The notes beneath the pieces are model-generated. The model was not told the DNA's origin, did no database searches, and saw nothing but the letters and a program-made list of their open reading frames with translations. The position numbers and the translations under genes were made by a program. Below are positions 37,223 through 47,641 of a stretch of 64,000 nt of DNA, piece by piece. Positions within the stretch are counted from its first letter, which is position 1. Each line of letters begins with the position of its first letter. This DNA is from Alphaproteobacteria bacterium (GTDB lineage: Bacteria > Pseudomonadota > Alphaproteobacteria > Bin95), in the NCBI GenBank assembly GCA_964291285.2, contig OZ219787.1:768001-832000 (forward strand), read 5' to 3'.

Positions 37223-37984
37223 ATGGCAAGGCTTGCGGGCAAGGTCGCGGTAATCACGGGGGCGACCGGAGGCATCGGCGCGGCGGCCTCGCGGCTGTTC
37301 GCGGCGGAAGGCGCGGCGCTGATGCTGGTCGATATGGACGCGGGCCGGCTGGAGGCGCTGGCCGGCGAGACCGGCGCGGCCTGGCACGCGGGCGACGTGT
37401 CCGAGCCGGAGGTGAACGAGGCGATTGCGGCGGCCACGGCCGAGCGCTTCGGCGGCATCGACATCGGCCTGCTGAATGCCGGCATCGAAGGCGCGCTCGC
37501 GCCCATCGGCGACTACACGGTGGAGATGTTCGACCGCGTCATGGCGGTCAATGCGCGCGGGGTGTGGCTCGGCCTCAGGGCGCTGATGCCGCATCTGGAG
37601 CGGCGCGGCGGCGGCTCGCTGGTGCTGACCTCCTCGACGGCGGGCATCCGCGCCGTCCCGGACATGTCGGCCTACACCGCCTCCAAGCATGCCGTGATCG
37701 GGCTTATGCGTTCGGCCGCCATCGAGGGGTCGGCGTCGAACATCCGCGTCAACACGGTCAATCCCTCGCCCATCGACACGCGCATGATCCAGAGCCTCGA
37801 AGTCATGCACGGCGTTGCGGGCTCAGGCTCGAACCAGCCGCTCGCCGGCGCGACGCCGCTGCGCCGCTACGGCGAGCCGGAGGAGGTCGCGCGGCTGATG
37901 CTGTTCCTCGCGAGCGACGAGTCCAGCTTCTGCACCGGCGGCGTCTACATGGTCGATGGCGGCGTTTCCGCCGGACGGTTGTAG
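37223..37984 (+). CDS. SDR oxidoreductase
   Basis: TGATGGIG, NAGI, YTASK. Confidence 0.93.
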   Translation: MARLAGKVAVITGATGGIGAAASRLFAAEGAALMLVDMDAGRLEALAGETGAAWHAGDVSEPEVNEAIAAATAERFGGIDIGLLNAGIEGALAPIGDYTVEMFDRVMAVNARGVWLGLRALMPHLERRGGGSLVLTSSTAGIRAVPDMSAYTASKHAVIGLMRSAAIEGSASNIRVNTVNPSPIDTRMIQSLEVMHGVAGSGSNQPLAGATPLRRYGEPEEVARLMLFLASDESSFCTGGVYMVDGGVSAGRL

Positions 37985-38002
37985 CGCGGGGCCGGGCGGC
38001 CG

Positions 38003-38848
38003 TCAGAAGGTCGTCCGCACCCCGGTCTCGAACAGGTGCGCCCGGAACTCGGTCTTCACCTCGATGCTGTTGCCGTTGCTGGCATTCCTGCCGTCGAACT
38101 CGAAGTCCCGCGCGGTCTGCAGGCGGTAGCCGAACTGGAGCGTGGTCCTGTCGTTGAGCCGGTAGCCCACCCCGGCACCGATATGCCAGGCGAACTGCGT
38201 GTCGCTCGATGAAATCTGCGGGACGAAGCCGGGAGGCACCCGGGCCGCTGCTTCCGGTCCTTGGAGATGGTTTGTAACTTGCCGCGTCAGTAGGTCGTCG
38301 TCATATTCCAGACCGCCCTGGTCTATCCGGATGAAGCCGCCGCCGCCGCCGATATAGGGGATCCAGTCGGAGCCCGTCGGAATGTCGAACCAGACATTCG
38401 CCAACGCGCCGGCCTGCTCGGCGCTGCCCGAAACCGGGACATCGACCTTGCCGAGCCCGGCAACCGGTTGGCCCCCAAGGGTCACGTTGTCATAAGTCTG
38501 CTTGTCCACGTTGGCGCGCGAGAAGAACAGCTCGCCCTCGACGCGCAGGCCCACGCCGAGCTTGTAGCCCACCATGCCGGCAATCTTGAACCCCACATCG
38601 TATTCGGGAGTGGCTCTCCCGCTGTAGGGAAGCATGGTGCCAGGTGGAACCCGAGGGTCGAGGCTGACGTTGCGGCCGGTCACTTCGGATTCCGTACCGT
38701 CGATGAACATGACCGGCACCTGGAAGCCCAGATACCAGGGGGAGTCGGCCGCCCGCGCGCCTGCCGGGACGGCGAGCGGCGCAAGGGCTGCGGCAACAAG
38801 AATTGCAGTGGCCCGGAAGGCGGGTTTGTCGATGAGGGTCATACGCAT
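38003..38848 (-). CDS. outer-membrane beta-barrel protein (OmpA-TM/opacity-like)
   Basis: Signal peptide, RVEGE, PYIGGGGG, FAWHIGAGVGY, terminal F. Confidence 0.85.
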   Translation of the reverse strand: MRMTLIDKPAFRATAILVAAALAPLAVPAGARAADSPWYLGFQVPVMFIDGTESEVTGRNVSLDPRVPPGTMLPYSGRATPEYDVGFKIAGMVGYKLGVGLRVEGELFFSRANVDKQTYDNVTLGGQPVAGLGKVDVPVSGSAEQAGALANVWFDIPTGSDWIPYIGGGGGFIRIDQGGLEYDDDLLTRQVTNHLQGPEAAARVPPGFVPQISSSDTQFAWHIGAGVGYRLNDRTTLQFGYRLQTARDFEFDGRNASNGNSIEVKTEFRAHLFETGVRTTF

Positions 38849-40081
38849 TCCATTCGTGCATCCTTAGCCCCAGGTGCATTCATTGCGCCTGTGTTTTCCC
38901 CGCCCAGGAAAGCCGATACCGCCCTGTGCGGCGCGCCGGCCGGGCGGCTGGCGCACCGAATTAGTGGATTTCATTATAGAGATTGTTTGAAATTAATATT
39001 GGATATTGTCATGTGCAGATGGTCTTCATGCCGCTGACACAGGCGCTGCGCCGGAGCCGGGAGGAGCATGGGTCGATGAGGGAAAGGCTTCCGATGACGG
39101 CGGTTCGGGCCGCAGGCGCCGGTAACGCGCATGCACTTTTGACACGCGGCCGACTCGGCGGCAATTGGCGCAAGGCGTCCGGTCGGTCCGGACGACGGGA
39201 GCGGAGAATTCCGATGAAGACATTCCTGGCATCGCTTGCCGTTTTCGCCCTGCTGGCCGCGGGCGCGGCCCATGCCGGCCCGCTGGCGCCGGCGCCGCGC
39301 GTCGTCGCCAAATACGACCGGAACTTCATCGAGCGTTCGGGCGCCCAGACGCTCGAGGAACTGCTGGACACCGGCATCATCCGCTACTTCCTCACCGGCG
39401 GGCAGAACCTGCTCGTCCTGGTCAATGGCAGGCCTTACGCCTCCACCGCCGGCGACCTGGACCCCCTGCCGCTCTCGGCCGTGGAGCGCATCGAGGTTCT
39501 CGGTCCCGACAGCCTGGGCACGCTCGGCGGCGCCACCGTGCGCGGCGCGCTCAATATCGTGCTCAGGACGGATCTTGACGGCTTCGAGACGCGCATGGTC
39601 GCACGGGTGCCGAGCCGGGACGGCGGCGACAGCTCGCAGGGCAGCGTCTTCTGGGGCGGCGCGGTCGGCAAGGGAGGGCGCATGACCCTCGGCGTGGACA
39701 TGCTCGACCGCCAGGAAATTCCCGGCAGCGCCCGGGAGCACAGCCGCTCCGAATGGGTCGAGGGCGGCTCGTTCAGCGACGCGAAGAATGTCAGCCTCAG
39801 CGGCAACACCGTCTTTGTCGTCCAGCTCGACGGCAGGACTTTCCAGGGTATAAGGTCGGTCGCGCTGGGAGAGTGTAGCCCGGCGAACGGCTATACGGGC
39901 CCGCTCAGCGATCCGCCCGGCGTCACCGTGGAAGGCGACGAAGGCTGTGGCTTCGCCTATGGCGACATCTGGTGGGATACCTCCAGCTACGAGCAGCAGA
40001 GCGCCATCCTGAACCTGGACCATCCGCTGGGCAGTGATGCCGAACTGCATCTGGACGTGAATCTTAGCTCGACTTTGTGCA

Positions 40082-41464
40082 TTATGCTGCGAAGCAGAGG
40101 GCGTACTGCATCCGCCTTATCTTGTCGGGCGGAATTATGTTTGGTTCCCGGTGTGGCGGGGAGCGCGATAAATTGTTTCCAAGCCAGAGTTGGCATCGTA
40201 TGGCCGCGATTGCATCGGAGAATGTGACGCTGGTTTTCTGGTACCAGGCGGCGGCGTAGGACAGGTGGTTTGTCGAGAGCACGTCTGTGGCCCAGAGGCA
40301 GACGAGGCTGTAGAGCCCGCAGAGGACGGGGGTGGTTCGTGCGATCGCCGCGTGTGACCACTGGCGTTGTGTTTCGAGCCCGAGATGGGCGCGCAGTTCC
40401 TGGAAGGTGACCTCGACCTGCCAGCGCCGCACGAAGGTGGCGATGATCTTGGCCGGCTCCATGTTGGTGTCGGTGCAGAAGAACGCCTGCGGGTCCCGCT
40501 CGCCTTCCGGGTCTCGCACCAGCACCCATCGGATGGCCTTGGGAGGTGTGCCGGGACGATACCAGAGCGCGGTATCGGAGATGATCTGGAGTGTCTTTTC
40601 CTTCGAACTTCCGTACCAGCGCGGAAGCGTGATGCTTGTCCAGCGGGCATCGGGGTCGTCAAGGCGGGTCTGGAGCTTGGGCAGGGGCGGCCCCTTTTGC
40701 CGGGGTCGACCGCGTTTGTTCGGGTCGCGCGGCGGCGGGGGCGCGAAGAGGTTGGCATCGAGCCTCAGCCTGCTGATGAGGGTTGCGCGCTGTCCGATGC
40801 GCCAGGCGAGTTCGTGGGTTCCGAAACTGCTGTCGGCGACGAAGACGATCGCGCGTTGCGGGACCCAGCGAAGGATTTGAAGCATGCCCTGTCGCGCCCA
40901 GTCGGTGAGTTGCTTGTGACGCCGGCCTTGCCTGGCGGCGAAGCGTTCGGACGGGGCCAGGATGGTCAGGAAGGGCAGGGCCCTGATGCCCGGCGACCAG
41001 GGCAGCGGGACAAGCAGCATGAAGCTGAGCCAGCGCAGCCCGCTGGTCTTGACGAAATGGCCATGGCTGGAACGCACCGGGTCGCGATAGATGCCGCGCG
41101 CCTTGATACGCGCGCCCCAGCGGCGCTCGATGGTGTCATCGAGCCCGATGATGATCGGTCCCTGCCCGGCAAGCCGCGCCACCAGCACGAGCACGAGCCG
41201 GCGTGAAAGGTCACGCGGGTCCCAGCGGGCGCGATTGAGAACCTGATGGTAGGACGAGAATGTCTCGCACATCGCCCGCCCGGTCACCCGCAGGCAGGCC
41301 GACACGGTTCTCTTGCCCGGCGCCAGCAACGCTCCCATGACCAGAACCGCCACCAGCCGCCAGGTCGGGGATGAGAAGGCGCCTCGAAAGGGCTCCAGCC
41401 AGTCGATCAGGAACGGCGGAACCGGATCGCCGATGGCGCTCGAAGGGTCGTCGAAATGTGTCAT
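40082..41464 (-). CDS. IS701-like DDE transposase
   Basis: GLDDTIERRWG, VADSSF, RRWQVEVTFQELR.HLG.ETQRQW. Confidence 0.9.
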   Translation of the reverse strand: MTHFDDPSSAIGDPVPPFLIDWLEPFRGAFSSPTWRLVAVLVMGALLAPGKRTVSACLRVTGRAMCETFSSYHQVLNRARWDPRDLSRRLVLVLVARLAGQGPIIIGLDDTIERRWGARIKARGIYRDPVRSSHGHFVKTSGLRWLSFMLLVPLPWSPGIRALPFLTILAPSERFAARQGRRHKQLTDWARQGMLQILRWVPQRAIVFVADSSFGTHELAWRIGQRATLISRLRLDANLFAPPPPRDPNKRGRPRQKGPPLPKLQTRLDDPDARWTSITLPRWYGSSKEKTLQIISDTALWYRPGTPPKAIRWVLVRDPEGERDPQAFFCTDTNMEPAKIIATFVRRWQVEVTFQELRAHLGLETQRQWSHAAIARTTPVLCGLYSLVCLWATDVLSTNHLSYAAAWYQKTSVTFSDAIAAIRCQLWLGNNLSRSPPHREPNIIPPDKIRRMQYALCFAA

Positions 41465-41573
41465 GACGACCTTCGAATCCAGAAGCATCCGGCATGCAAG
41501 GGCGCCCGCATGCGACCGGGTGAATCAGCATCGCTGCAGCGACAGAAGCCATCCAATCCGATATCACTGCTTC

Positions 41574-41861
41574 ATGGCCGCATCCGACCCCTGTCTGGCG
41601 CGCATCGAAGCGTTCAACAAATCCAGGGGCGGGGGCGTGACGGTCACCAGGGTGCGCGGCGGCTACAATCTGTATCTCACGGCCACGCAGGCACCGATCG
41701 CAAGGCTCCAGCCGAAAGGCTCAGGTGACAAGATGAGGGTGCGCTACTGGTCCTGGCGCCAGTCCTGGCAGGACGTCGGAGACATGGGGGGCATCGTGCT
41801 CCCGCTCGAACAGGCCCTCGACGAAATCGCCAAAAACGAGATCTTCTGGACATGGACGTGA
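41574..41861 (+). CDS. IS passenger hypothetical protein (95 aa)
   Basis: Divergent from the transposase, ends 8 bp before the IR; PIARL..YWSWRQSW..PLEQAL. Confidence 0.6.
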   Translation: MAASDPCLARIEAFNKSRGGGVTVTRVRGGYNLYLTATQAPIARLQPKGSGDKMRVRYWSWRQSWQDVGDMGGIVLPLEQALDEIAKNEIFWTWT

Positions 41862-41887
41862 GGTAATTTTGTACAAAGTCGAGCTTA

Positions 41888-42818
41888 GAGCCTGACCCAA
41901 AAAGAGTTGAGCGGTTTCAAGGGATTGTGATTCAGTTCGGTTATGCATCTGAACGGAGCCACGAATGCCCTGGACCGAAACCGCTCGCCGGGAGTATCGG
42001 CGGGACTGCCCACGATATGCAAGCGATCTGACCGACGCTGAGTGGTCTCTGATCGAGCCCTTCATGCCGTTGCCCTGCCGTATCGGTCGCCCGCGCCAGA
42101 CCGATCTGCGCGAGGTCGTAAATGCGGTGCTGTATATGGCCACGACCGGTTGTCAGTGGCGCCAGCTGCCGAAGGACTTTCCGCCGGTCTCGACGGTGCA
42201 GCGCTATTTCTACGAGTGGCGCGACAACAGGCTGTGGCAGACGATCCGGTTCCACCTGGCCGTGCAGGCGCGCGAACGCGAGGGGCGCGAGGCCCAGCCG
42301 AGCGCGGGCGTGATCGACAGCCAGACGGTGAAAACCACGGAGGCAGGCGGGGTTAGCGGCTATGACGCCGGCAAGAAGGTCAAAGGGCGCAAGCGCCACG
42401 CTGTCGTCGACACCATCGGCATGCTCTTCGGCCTCGTCGTACATGCCGCCGACGTTCAGGACCGCGACGGCGCCCCGGCCGTGCTGAAATCCATCCGCCA
42501 CGCCTGCCCCTGGCTGCGTCATCTGTTCGCCGATGGCGGATATGCCGGGCCGAAACTGCGCGGCGCCCTCGACAGGATCGGCAAGTGGACGCTCGAAATC
42601 GTCAAACGCTCCGACACCGCCAACGGCTTCGAAGTCCTCCCCGGACGATGGGTCGTCGAACGCACCTTCGCATGGCTCGGGCGCTGCCGCAGGCTGGCAA
42701 AAGACTGGGAAAAATCCATCGCCTCAAGCGAAGCATGGATCAACATCGCCCATATCCGGCTCACAACACGCCGACTCGCAAGGCCTTGAAAAACTTCAGC
42801 GAGTTTCGAGTCAGGCTC
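41888..42818 (+). mobile_element. IS5-family insertion sequence
   Basis: IRs GAGCCTGACCCAAAA / TTTCGAGTCAGGCTC, TTA target repeats at 41885 and 42819. Confidence 0.9.
41965..42789 (+). CDS. IS5-family transposase
   Basis: YASDLTDAEW, TGCQWRQLPKDFP, IDSQ, GYDAGKKVKGRKRH, ADGGY, RWVVERTFAW. Confidence 0.95.
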   Translation: MPWTETARREYRRDCPRYASDLTDAEWSLIEPFMPLPCRIGRPRQTDLREVVNAVLYMATTGCQWRQLPKDFPPVSTVQRYFYEWRDNRLWQTIRFHLAVQAREREGREAQPSAGVIDSQTVKTTEAGGVSGYDAGKKVKGRKRHAVVDTIGMLFGLVVHAADVQDRDGAPAVLKSIRHACPWLRHLFADGGYAGPKLRGALDRIGKWTLEIVKRSDTANGFEVLPGRWVVERTFAWLGRCRRLAKDWEKSIASSEAWINIAHIRLTTRRLARP

Positions 42819-44699
42819 TTACACAGAGCGATTCGGCATTCCGCTACGCGCCGTCGGTCGATGTGTTCACCTTCGACATAACTGACGAAAACGGAGAATT
42901 ACTAACGGCGATCAACAGGGCAGCGACAGCGGCCGGCTCGAATTTTCAAGCAGACAGTGATGACCGGTTCGCCGTGGGGCACCGCTTCGTGGGCCACGGC
43001 AACCGGGACTGGGTGTGGGATACCGAGGAATACGACATTTCCCTGGGTATTACGGGCCGGCTGGCGGAGGGCCTCGGCTACGATGCGCGCCTCGACGCCT
43101 GGCGGTTTGACAGCTTCCTGACCGGCAACACCCTGGTGCATGGCCCGACGATCCAGACAGCCGTCCGGGAGGGACACTACGACCTCGTGAACCCGTTAAG
43201 CCCGTTTCCTAGAGGGTCTGACGAAGACAGGGCAGCGCATCTGGATGCCATAAGGGACAGCAGCCTGCAGGAGGAACAGGATTCCGGCGCGGAGAGCCTT
43301 TCGGCCCGGTTTGCGCTGGAGGGGTCCGGCTTCGCGGTCGGCGGCCGCGATGCGGCATGGACCGCGGGGGTTGAACTGGGGACGGTCGAGGTGCACCAGC
43401 TCCTGCGCTTTCGCGGCAATCGCGGCAAAGAATATGGGGCCGATGAACCCGCCGGGCCCTATGTGGCCAAAGTGACCGATGTGCTCGGGTCCGGCGGGGT
43501 CAGCTATGCCGGCGAGCGCAACACCGCCGCGGCCTTTGCGGAAATGTCCGTGCCGCTGGCCGACAGGCTGGACCTCAGGGTCGCGGGGCGCGGCGTCGAA
43601 TATGACGATGTAGGCGGGCTGGGGTCCTGGCGCGTCGGGGCCGAATTCCGCCCGACCGGCATCGTCGCGCTGCGCGGCTCCTGGAGCACGGGAGAAAACG
43701 CGCCCTCGATGGCGGACCTCTACAGCACCGAGGACCAGGACCATCCCTATATCCAGTGCGACCCGGGAAGTCCTCCGCAACCTTGCGCGCGGCGGCCCAA
43801 CCGCCGGCAGGTGACCCGTGAGGCGAGCGGCAACCCGCGGCTCGATCCTTCGGAAGTGGAGAGGCTCGCCATCGGCGCCGAGGCCCGCCAGGGACCGTTC
43901 TTCCTGGCCGCGGAGTGGTACCGGCTCTCGGTGACCGGGCAGCCGGCGCTGAACACCGCGACCTGGGCCATGCTGAATCTGCCCGAATGCCCCATGGGCG
44001 GCAGCAACTGCATCCAGCGCAATGGCGGCGACATCACCATTCACCAGAGCTACGACAACATCCTCGATTCCGAGATTTCGGGCATCAATACCCGCTTCGG
44101 CGGCGGCATGAGGACGAGTTGGGGCGTTGTCGGCATGCGGGGAGCCTGGCGGCACGTCCTCGACGCGGAACACCGCTTCGCGGGCCGCAAGGACCGGTTC
44201 GTCATCGCCCGGAACGCCGTCCGCGTCGGGTTCCTGGCGCGGCGCGGCAATCTGACCGCCATCTGGACCGCCAATTACCGCGCCGGCTTCAAGAACCAGG
44301 ATGGTAGCGGGGAGTTCCCGTCCTGGACCGGCCACGACCTGTCGGTGGACTGGGCGGACCCGCTGGGGCTGGACGGCGCCAGGGTCTCGGCCGGCGTGTT
44401 CAATCTCACCGACACGAAGCTCTCGACGGACACCTCCGACCCCTCCGCTACGGACGGACCCGTCGCGGCCGGCTGGGGGCGCACCTTCTTCCTCACCCTC
44501 AACATGCGCTTCTGAGAAGAGCGTTGCCGGGTCCGGGAGCTCAGCTGCGTGCGGCCTTCCGGCATTTTGCGGGATCGGGACGAGGATCGTAAGTGAACGC
44601 TGTCGCCGATGGCTCCGCAGTCGTTCCGATGCAGGCCGTGACATCGGCGGGACATCCGGGCTAAGGTCCGCGCTCGGTTTGTCCTTCCGGAGGGGGCCG

Positions 44700-45836
44700 G
44701 TGGCGAAACGGATGGAGGATGCGCTCGGCGATCTGCCCAGGCTGAAGCGGCTGATCCAGGCGAGCGAATTCGACCTTGTCGTGGCCGCCTCGCCGGAGAA
44801 CGTGCTCTATACGAGCGACGTCTTCATCTCGACCCAGGTCGACATCCGCGACCGGCTGGCGCTGGTCGTCTGGGACGGGGTGCGCGAGCCGGCGTTCATC
44901 CTCTGCCGGGTGGAGGAGGGCTTCGCGCGGGAAGAGGGCTGGATCACCGACATCCGCGCCTACAAGGAGTTCGTCACCTCGCCCGTGGACATGCTGGCGG
45001 AGGCGATCGACGAGCTTGGAGCCTCGCGCGGGCATGTCGGGCTGGAGCTCGACTACCTGCCGGCGGTCTATTACGAGCGGCTGCGGTCATTGCTGCCGAA
45101 TGCGCGGTTCGGGCGCGCGGAGCCGGTGTTCGACCGCGCCCGCGTCATCAAGACGCCGCGCGAGCGCGAGCGCCTCGCCGAAGGCTTCCGGGGCACCGAA
45201 CGCGCGCTGAAGGAAGCCTTCCTGGCGACGCGGCCGGGCGACACGGAGCGCGACATGTGCTTCCGCCTCGCCGACGGCATCCTGCGCCACGGCGCGGAAT
45301 CGGTGGCGTTCACGCACATCAACGGCGGGCCCAACACCGGCTTTCCGCACAAGGACCCGTCGGACTACCGCGTGAAGCGCGGCGACATACTGAAGGCCGA
45401 TGCGGGCGGGCGCTACGGGCGCTACTACTCGAATGTCGGCCGCACGGCGAAGCTCGGGCCGCTGGGCGACGAGGACCGGTCCTGGTGGTCGCGGCTGCGT
45501 GAAATCCACCACGAACTGATCGACATGGTCCGGCCGGGCAATACCGGGCGGCAATTGTTCGAGCGCGCGACCGTGCTGCACGAGCGCCACGGCATTCCCT
45601 TCCCCTACGCGCATAACGGCCACGGGCTCGGCCTGCTGGTGCATGAGCGCCCGCTCATCAGCCCGCATGAGGACATGGCCTTCGAGCCGGGTATGATGAG
45701 CACGATCGAGACGCGCGTGCGCTGGGTGGGCAAGTGCGGCTACCACATGGAGGATTTGCTGGAGGTGACGGAGGGCGGACCCGTGCTGCGCTCCGACTAT
45801 TTCGACAATGAGGAGATCCTCGTCGTCGAAGCGTGA
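44700..45836 (+). CDS. M24 (Xaa-Pro peptidase/creatinase-like) family protein
   Basis: ENVLY, RVIKTPRE, PH, GHGLGL.VHE.P, E..ED; start approximate. Confidence 0.85.
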   Translation: MAKRMEDALGDLPRLKRLIQASEFDLVVAASPENVLYTSDVFISTQVDIRDRLALVVWDGVREPAFILCRVEEGFAREEGWITDIRAYKEFVTSPVDMLAEAIDELGASRGHVGLELDYLPAVYYERLRSLLPNARFGRAEPVFDRARVIKTPRERERLAEGFRGTERALKEAFLATRPGDTERDMCFRLADGILRHGAESVAFTHINGGPNTGFPHKDPSDYRVKRGDILKADAGGRYGRYYSNVGRTAKLGPLGDEDRSWWSRLREIHHELIDMVRPGNTGRQLFERATVLHERHGIPFPYAHNGHGLGLLVHERPLISPHEDMAFEPGMMSTIETRVRWVGKCGYHMEDLLEVTEGGPVLRSDYFDNEEILVVEA

Positions 45837-45889
45837 GCCCCGGCAGGGGGAATGAACACGGGAGCAACGGGAGAAGCTGGGGAGATACC

Positions 45890-46816
45890 ATGCTCAAGAG
45901 AATTGCACTGGCCGCCGCGGCGGCAACGGCCTTCGCGGGGATAACCGGAAGCGCCGGCGCATATCCGGACAAGCCGATCACGCTGATCGTGCCCTACAAG
46001 GCAGGCGGCACCACGCACACCAAGTCGATGGTGCTGTCCAAGGCGCTCGGGAAGGAACTCGGCGGCACGGTCGTGGTCAAGACCCGTCCCGGCGCCGGCA
46101 GCGCGGTCGGCGTGACCTTCCTGTCCAAGGCGAAGCCCGACGGATACACCATCGCCTACACGGACCTCGGCAACATGATCTGGAACCCGATGACCAAGAA
46201 GGATGTCGCCTACACGGTGGACGGCATCCGGCTCATCGCGGGCATCAGCGAATACCAGCTGGCGCTCATTTCCACGCCGGACAAGCCGTTCAAGACGCTC
46301 AAGGAACTGCTCGAATATACGAAGACGAACCCGCTCAATGTCGCCGACATGGGCGGCATGTCGAAGACCTTCATCAATTACATCGCCGCGAAGGAGGGTG
46401 TGAAGTGGACGGCGATCCCGACGCGCGGCGGCGGCGAGATGGTGCCGTTCCTGCTCGGCGGCAAGATCGACTTCGCCTTCAGCGGCGGCATCCACCAGAA
46501 GCACGGCGACAAGATGGTCGTGCTGGCGTCGTTCCTCGCGGACGGCCTGGCGAAGGATCCCGACGCGCCGACGACCCAGGACCTCTACGGCATCGCCATG
46601 CCCGGCAACTCCGTGCTGGCGGCCCCGGCCGGGCTTCCCGACGAGATCGCGATGAAACTGGAGGCGGCGGCCAAGGCGGCGATGGACGACCCGGACTTCA
46701 CCCAGGTGCTGCAGAACATCCAGTTTCCGAAGCGCTTCATCCCGTCGTCCGAGATGAACGCTTTCGTGGCCGATGTCACGAAGAGCCTTCAGGAGGTCGT
46801 CGAGGCGACGAAATAG
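45890..46816 (+). CDS. tctC: tripartite tricarboxylate transporter binding protein (TctC/Bug)
   Basis: YPDKPITLIVPYKAGG, RPGAG, KPDGYT. Confidence 0.9.
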   Translation: MLKRIALAAAAATAFAGITGSAGAYPDKPITLIVPYKAGGTTHTKSMVLSKALGKELGGTVVVKTRPGAGSAVGVTFLSKAKPDGYTIAYTDLGNMIWNPMTKKDVAYTVDGIRLIAGISEYQLALISTPDKPFKTLKELLEYTKTNPLNVADMGGMSKTFINYIAAKEGVKWTAIPTRGGGEMVPFLLGGKIDFAFSGGIHQKHGDKMVVLASFLADGLAKDPDAPTTQDLYGIAMPGNSVLAAPAGLPDEIAMKLEAAAKAAMDDPDFTQVLQNIQFPKRFIPSSEMNAFVADVTKSLQEVVEATK

Positions 46817-46875
46817 GTCCGGGAACCGGGGCGCCTCCGGGCGCTCCGGCCCGGATCGGCGCTCGGGCCCCTTTT

Positions 46876-47006
46876 CGTCACCCCGGACTTGATCCGGGGT
46901 CCAGCCTTGGCTTTCTCGGCGGGCGCAGGCGGTACGGTTCCGTCTCGAACGGCTGCGGCGGGCGCAGAGGGTCCGGGATGGACCCCGGATCAAGTCCGGG
47001 GTGACG
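46876..47006. repeat. REP-like inverted doublet
   Basis: CGTCACCCCGGACTTGATCCGGGGTCCA (46876-46903) and its exact reverse complement (46979-47006). Confidence 0.88.
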
Positions 47007-47122
47007 GGATGAGGCGCGGGGCGGCAGATGAGAACACACGCGATGCAAAGCCGCCGGAAACGGATGCGCGAACCCGATAGCCGGCAAGCGGGAGGGGAGC
47101 ACAGCCGCATGAGGCCGCGCTC

Positions 47123-47617
47123 TTGAGAACGACCCACATATGGGCGGGACTGCTGCTGGTCCTGGTGTCGGTCTGGTGCCTGTTCTGGGTGATCCCGGAC
47201 AACACCTACCCGCCCGACAGCGAGCTCGACCTTGCGCCCTCGCTGGTGCCGTCCATCGCCATCGGGGCCTGCCTGGTGCTGGCGGCGGTCATGGCGGTGC
47301 AGGCCATCTTCGGCGGCAGGAGGGTCGAGGCCGGCGAGGACCATCTGGACGAGGAGTTCGGCGCGGAGGCGACGGGCGCGAGCGGCCATGTGCTGCTGAA
47401 CCTGCTCATCTGGTTCGCTGTCGCCTGCGCCTCCTGGTTCCTGATCGAGCATGTCGGCTTCGAGCCGGCCATGACGCTCTTCCTGGTCGCGACCATGCTG
47501 TTCGTCGGCGCACGCAACCCCTGGACCATCGCGCTGGTCTCGCTTGCCACGCCCATCGTGCTCTCGCAGGCGGCCTACCAGTTCTTCAACACCGAACTCC
47601 CCGCCTTCTGGCGCTGA
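47123..47617 (+). CDS. tctB: TTT small permease
   Basis: Four to five TM segments, ends FF..LP; position. Confidence 0.8.
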   Translation: MRTTHIWAGLLLVLVSVWCLFWVIPDNTYPPDSELDLAPSLVPSIAIGACLVLAAVMAVQAIFGGRRVEAGEDHLDEEFGAEATGASGHVLLNLLIWFAVACASWFLIEHVGFEPAMTLFLVATMLFVGARNPWTIALVSLATPIVLSQAAYQFFNTELPAFWR

Positions 47618-47641
47618 ACGCGGCGGGAACGGGCGCGTCGC

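Larger units (their letters stand above)
40068..41883 (-). mobile_element. IS701-like insertion sequence with a passenger gene
   Basis: IRs CTCGACTTTGTGCA / TGTACAAAGTCGAG (13/14 match), flanked by CTTAG direct repeats. Confidence 0.88.
39214..44515 (+). pseudogene. TonB-dependent receptor interrupted by two IS (39214-40065 + 42821-44515)
   Basis: Plug motifs LVLVNGR, LSAVERIEVL, GALNIVL; barrel end NPRLDP.E, GVFNLTD, GRTFFLTLNMRF. The halves rejoin in frame as AAT CTT ACA CAG. Confidence 0.9.

Noticed and set aside
38983-40227. 414-aa ORF as a complete gene
   Set aside because: The real start is ATG 39214 (signal peptide, GGAG RBS), and the tail after 40065 is IS sequence.
42533-44515. 660-aa ORF starting inside IS5 as a real fusion gene
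   Set aside because: Its first ~95 codons are an alternate frame of the IS5 transposase running into the receptor's 3' half, which lacks signal peptide and plug.
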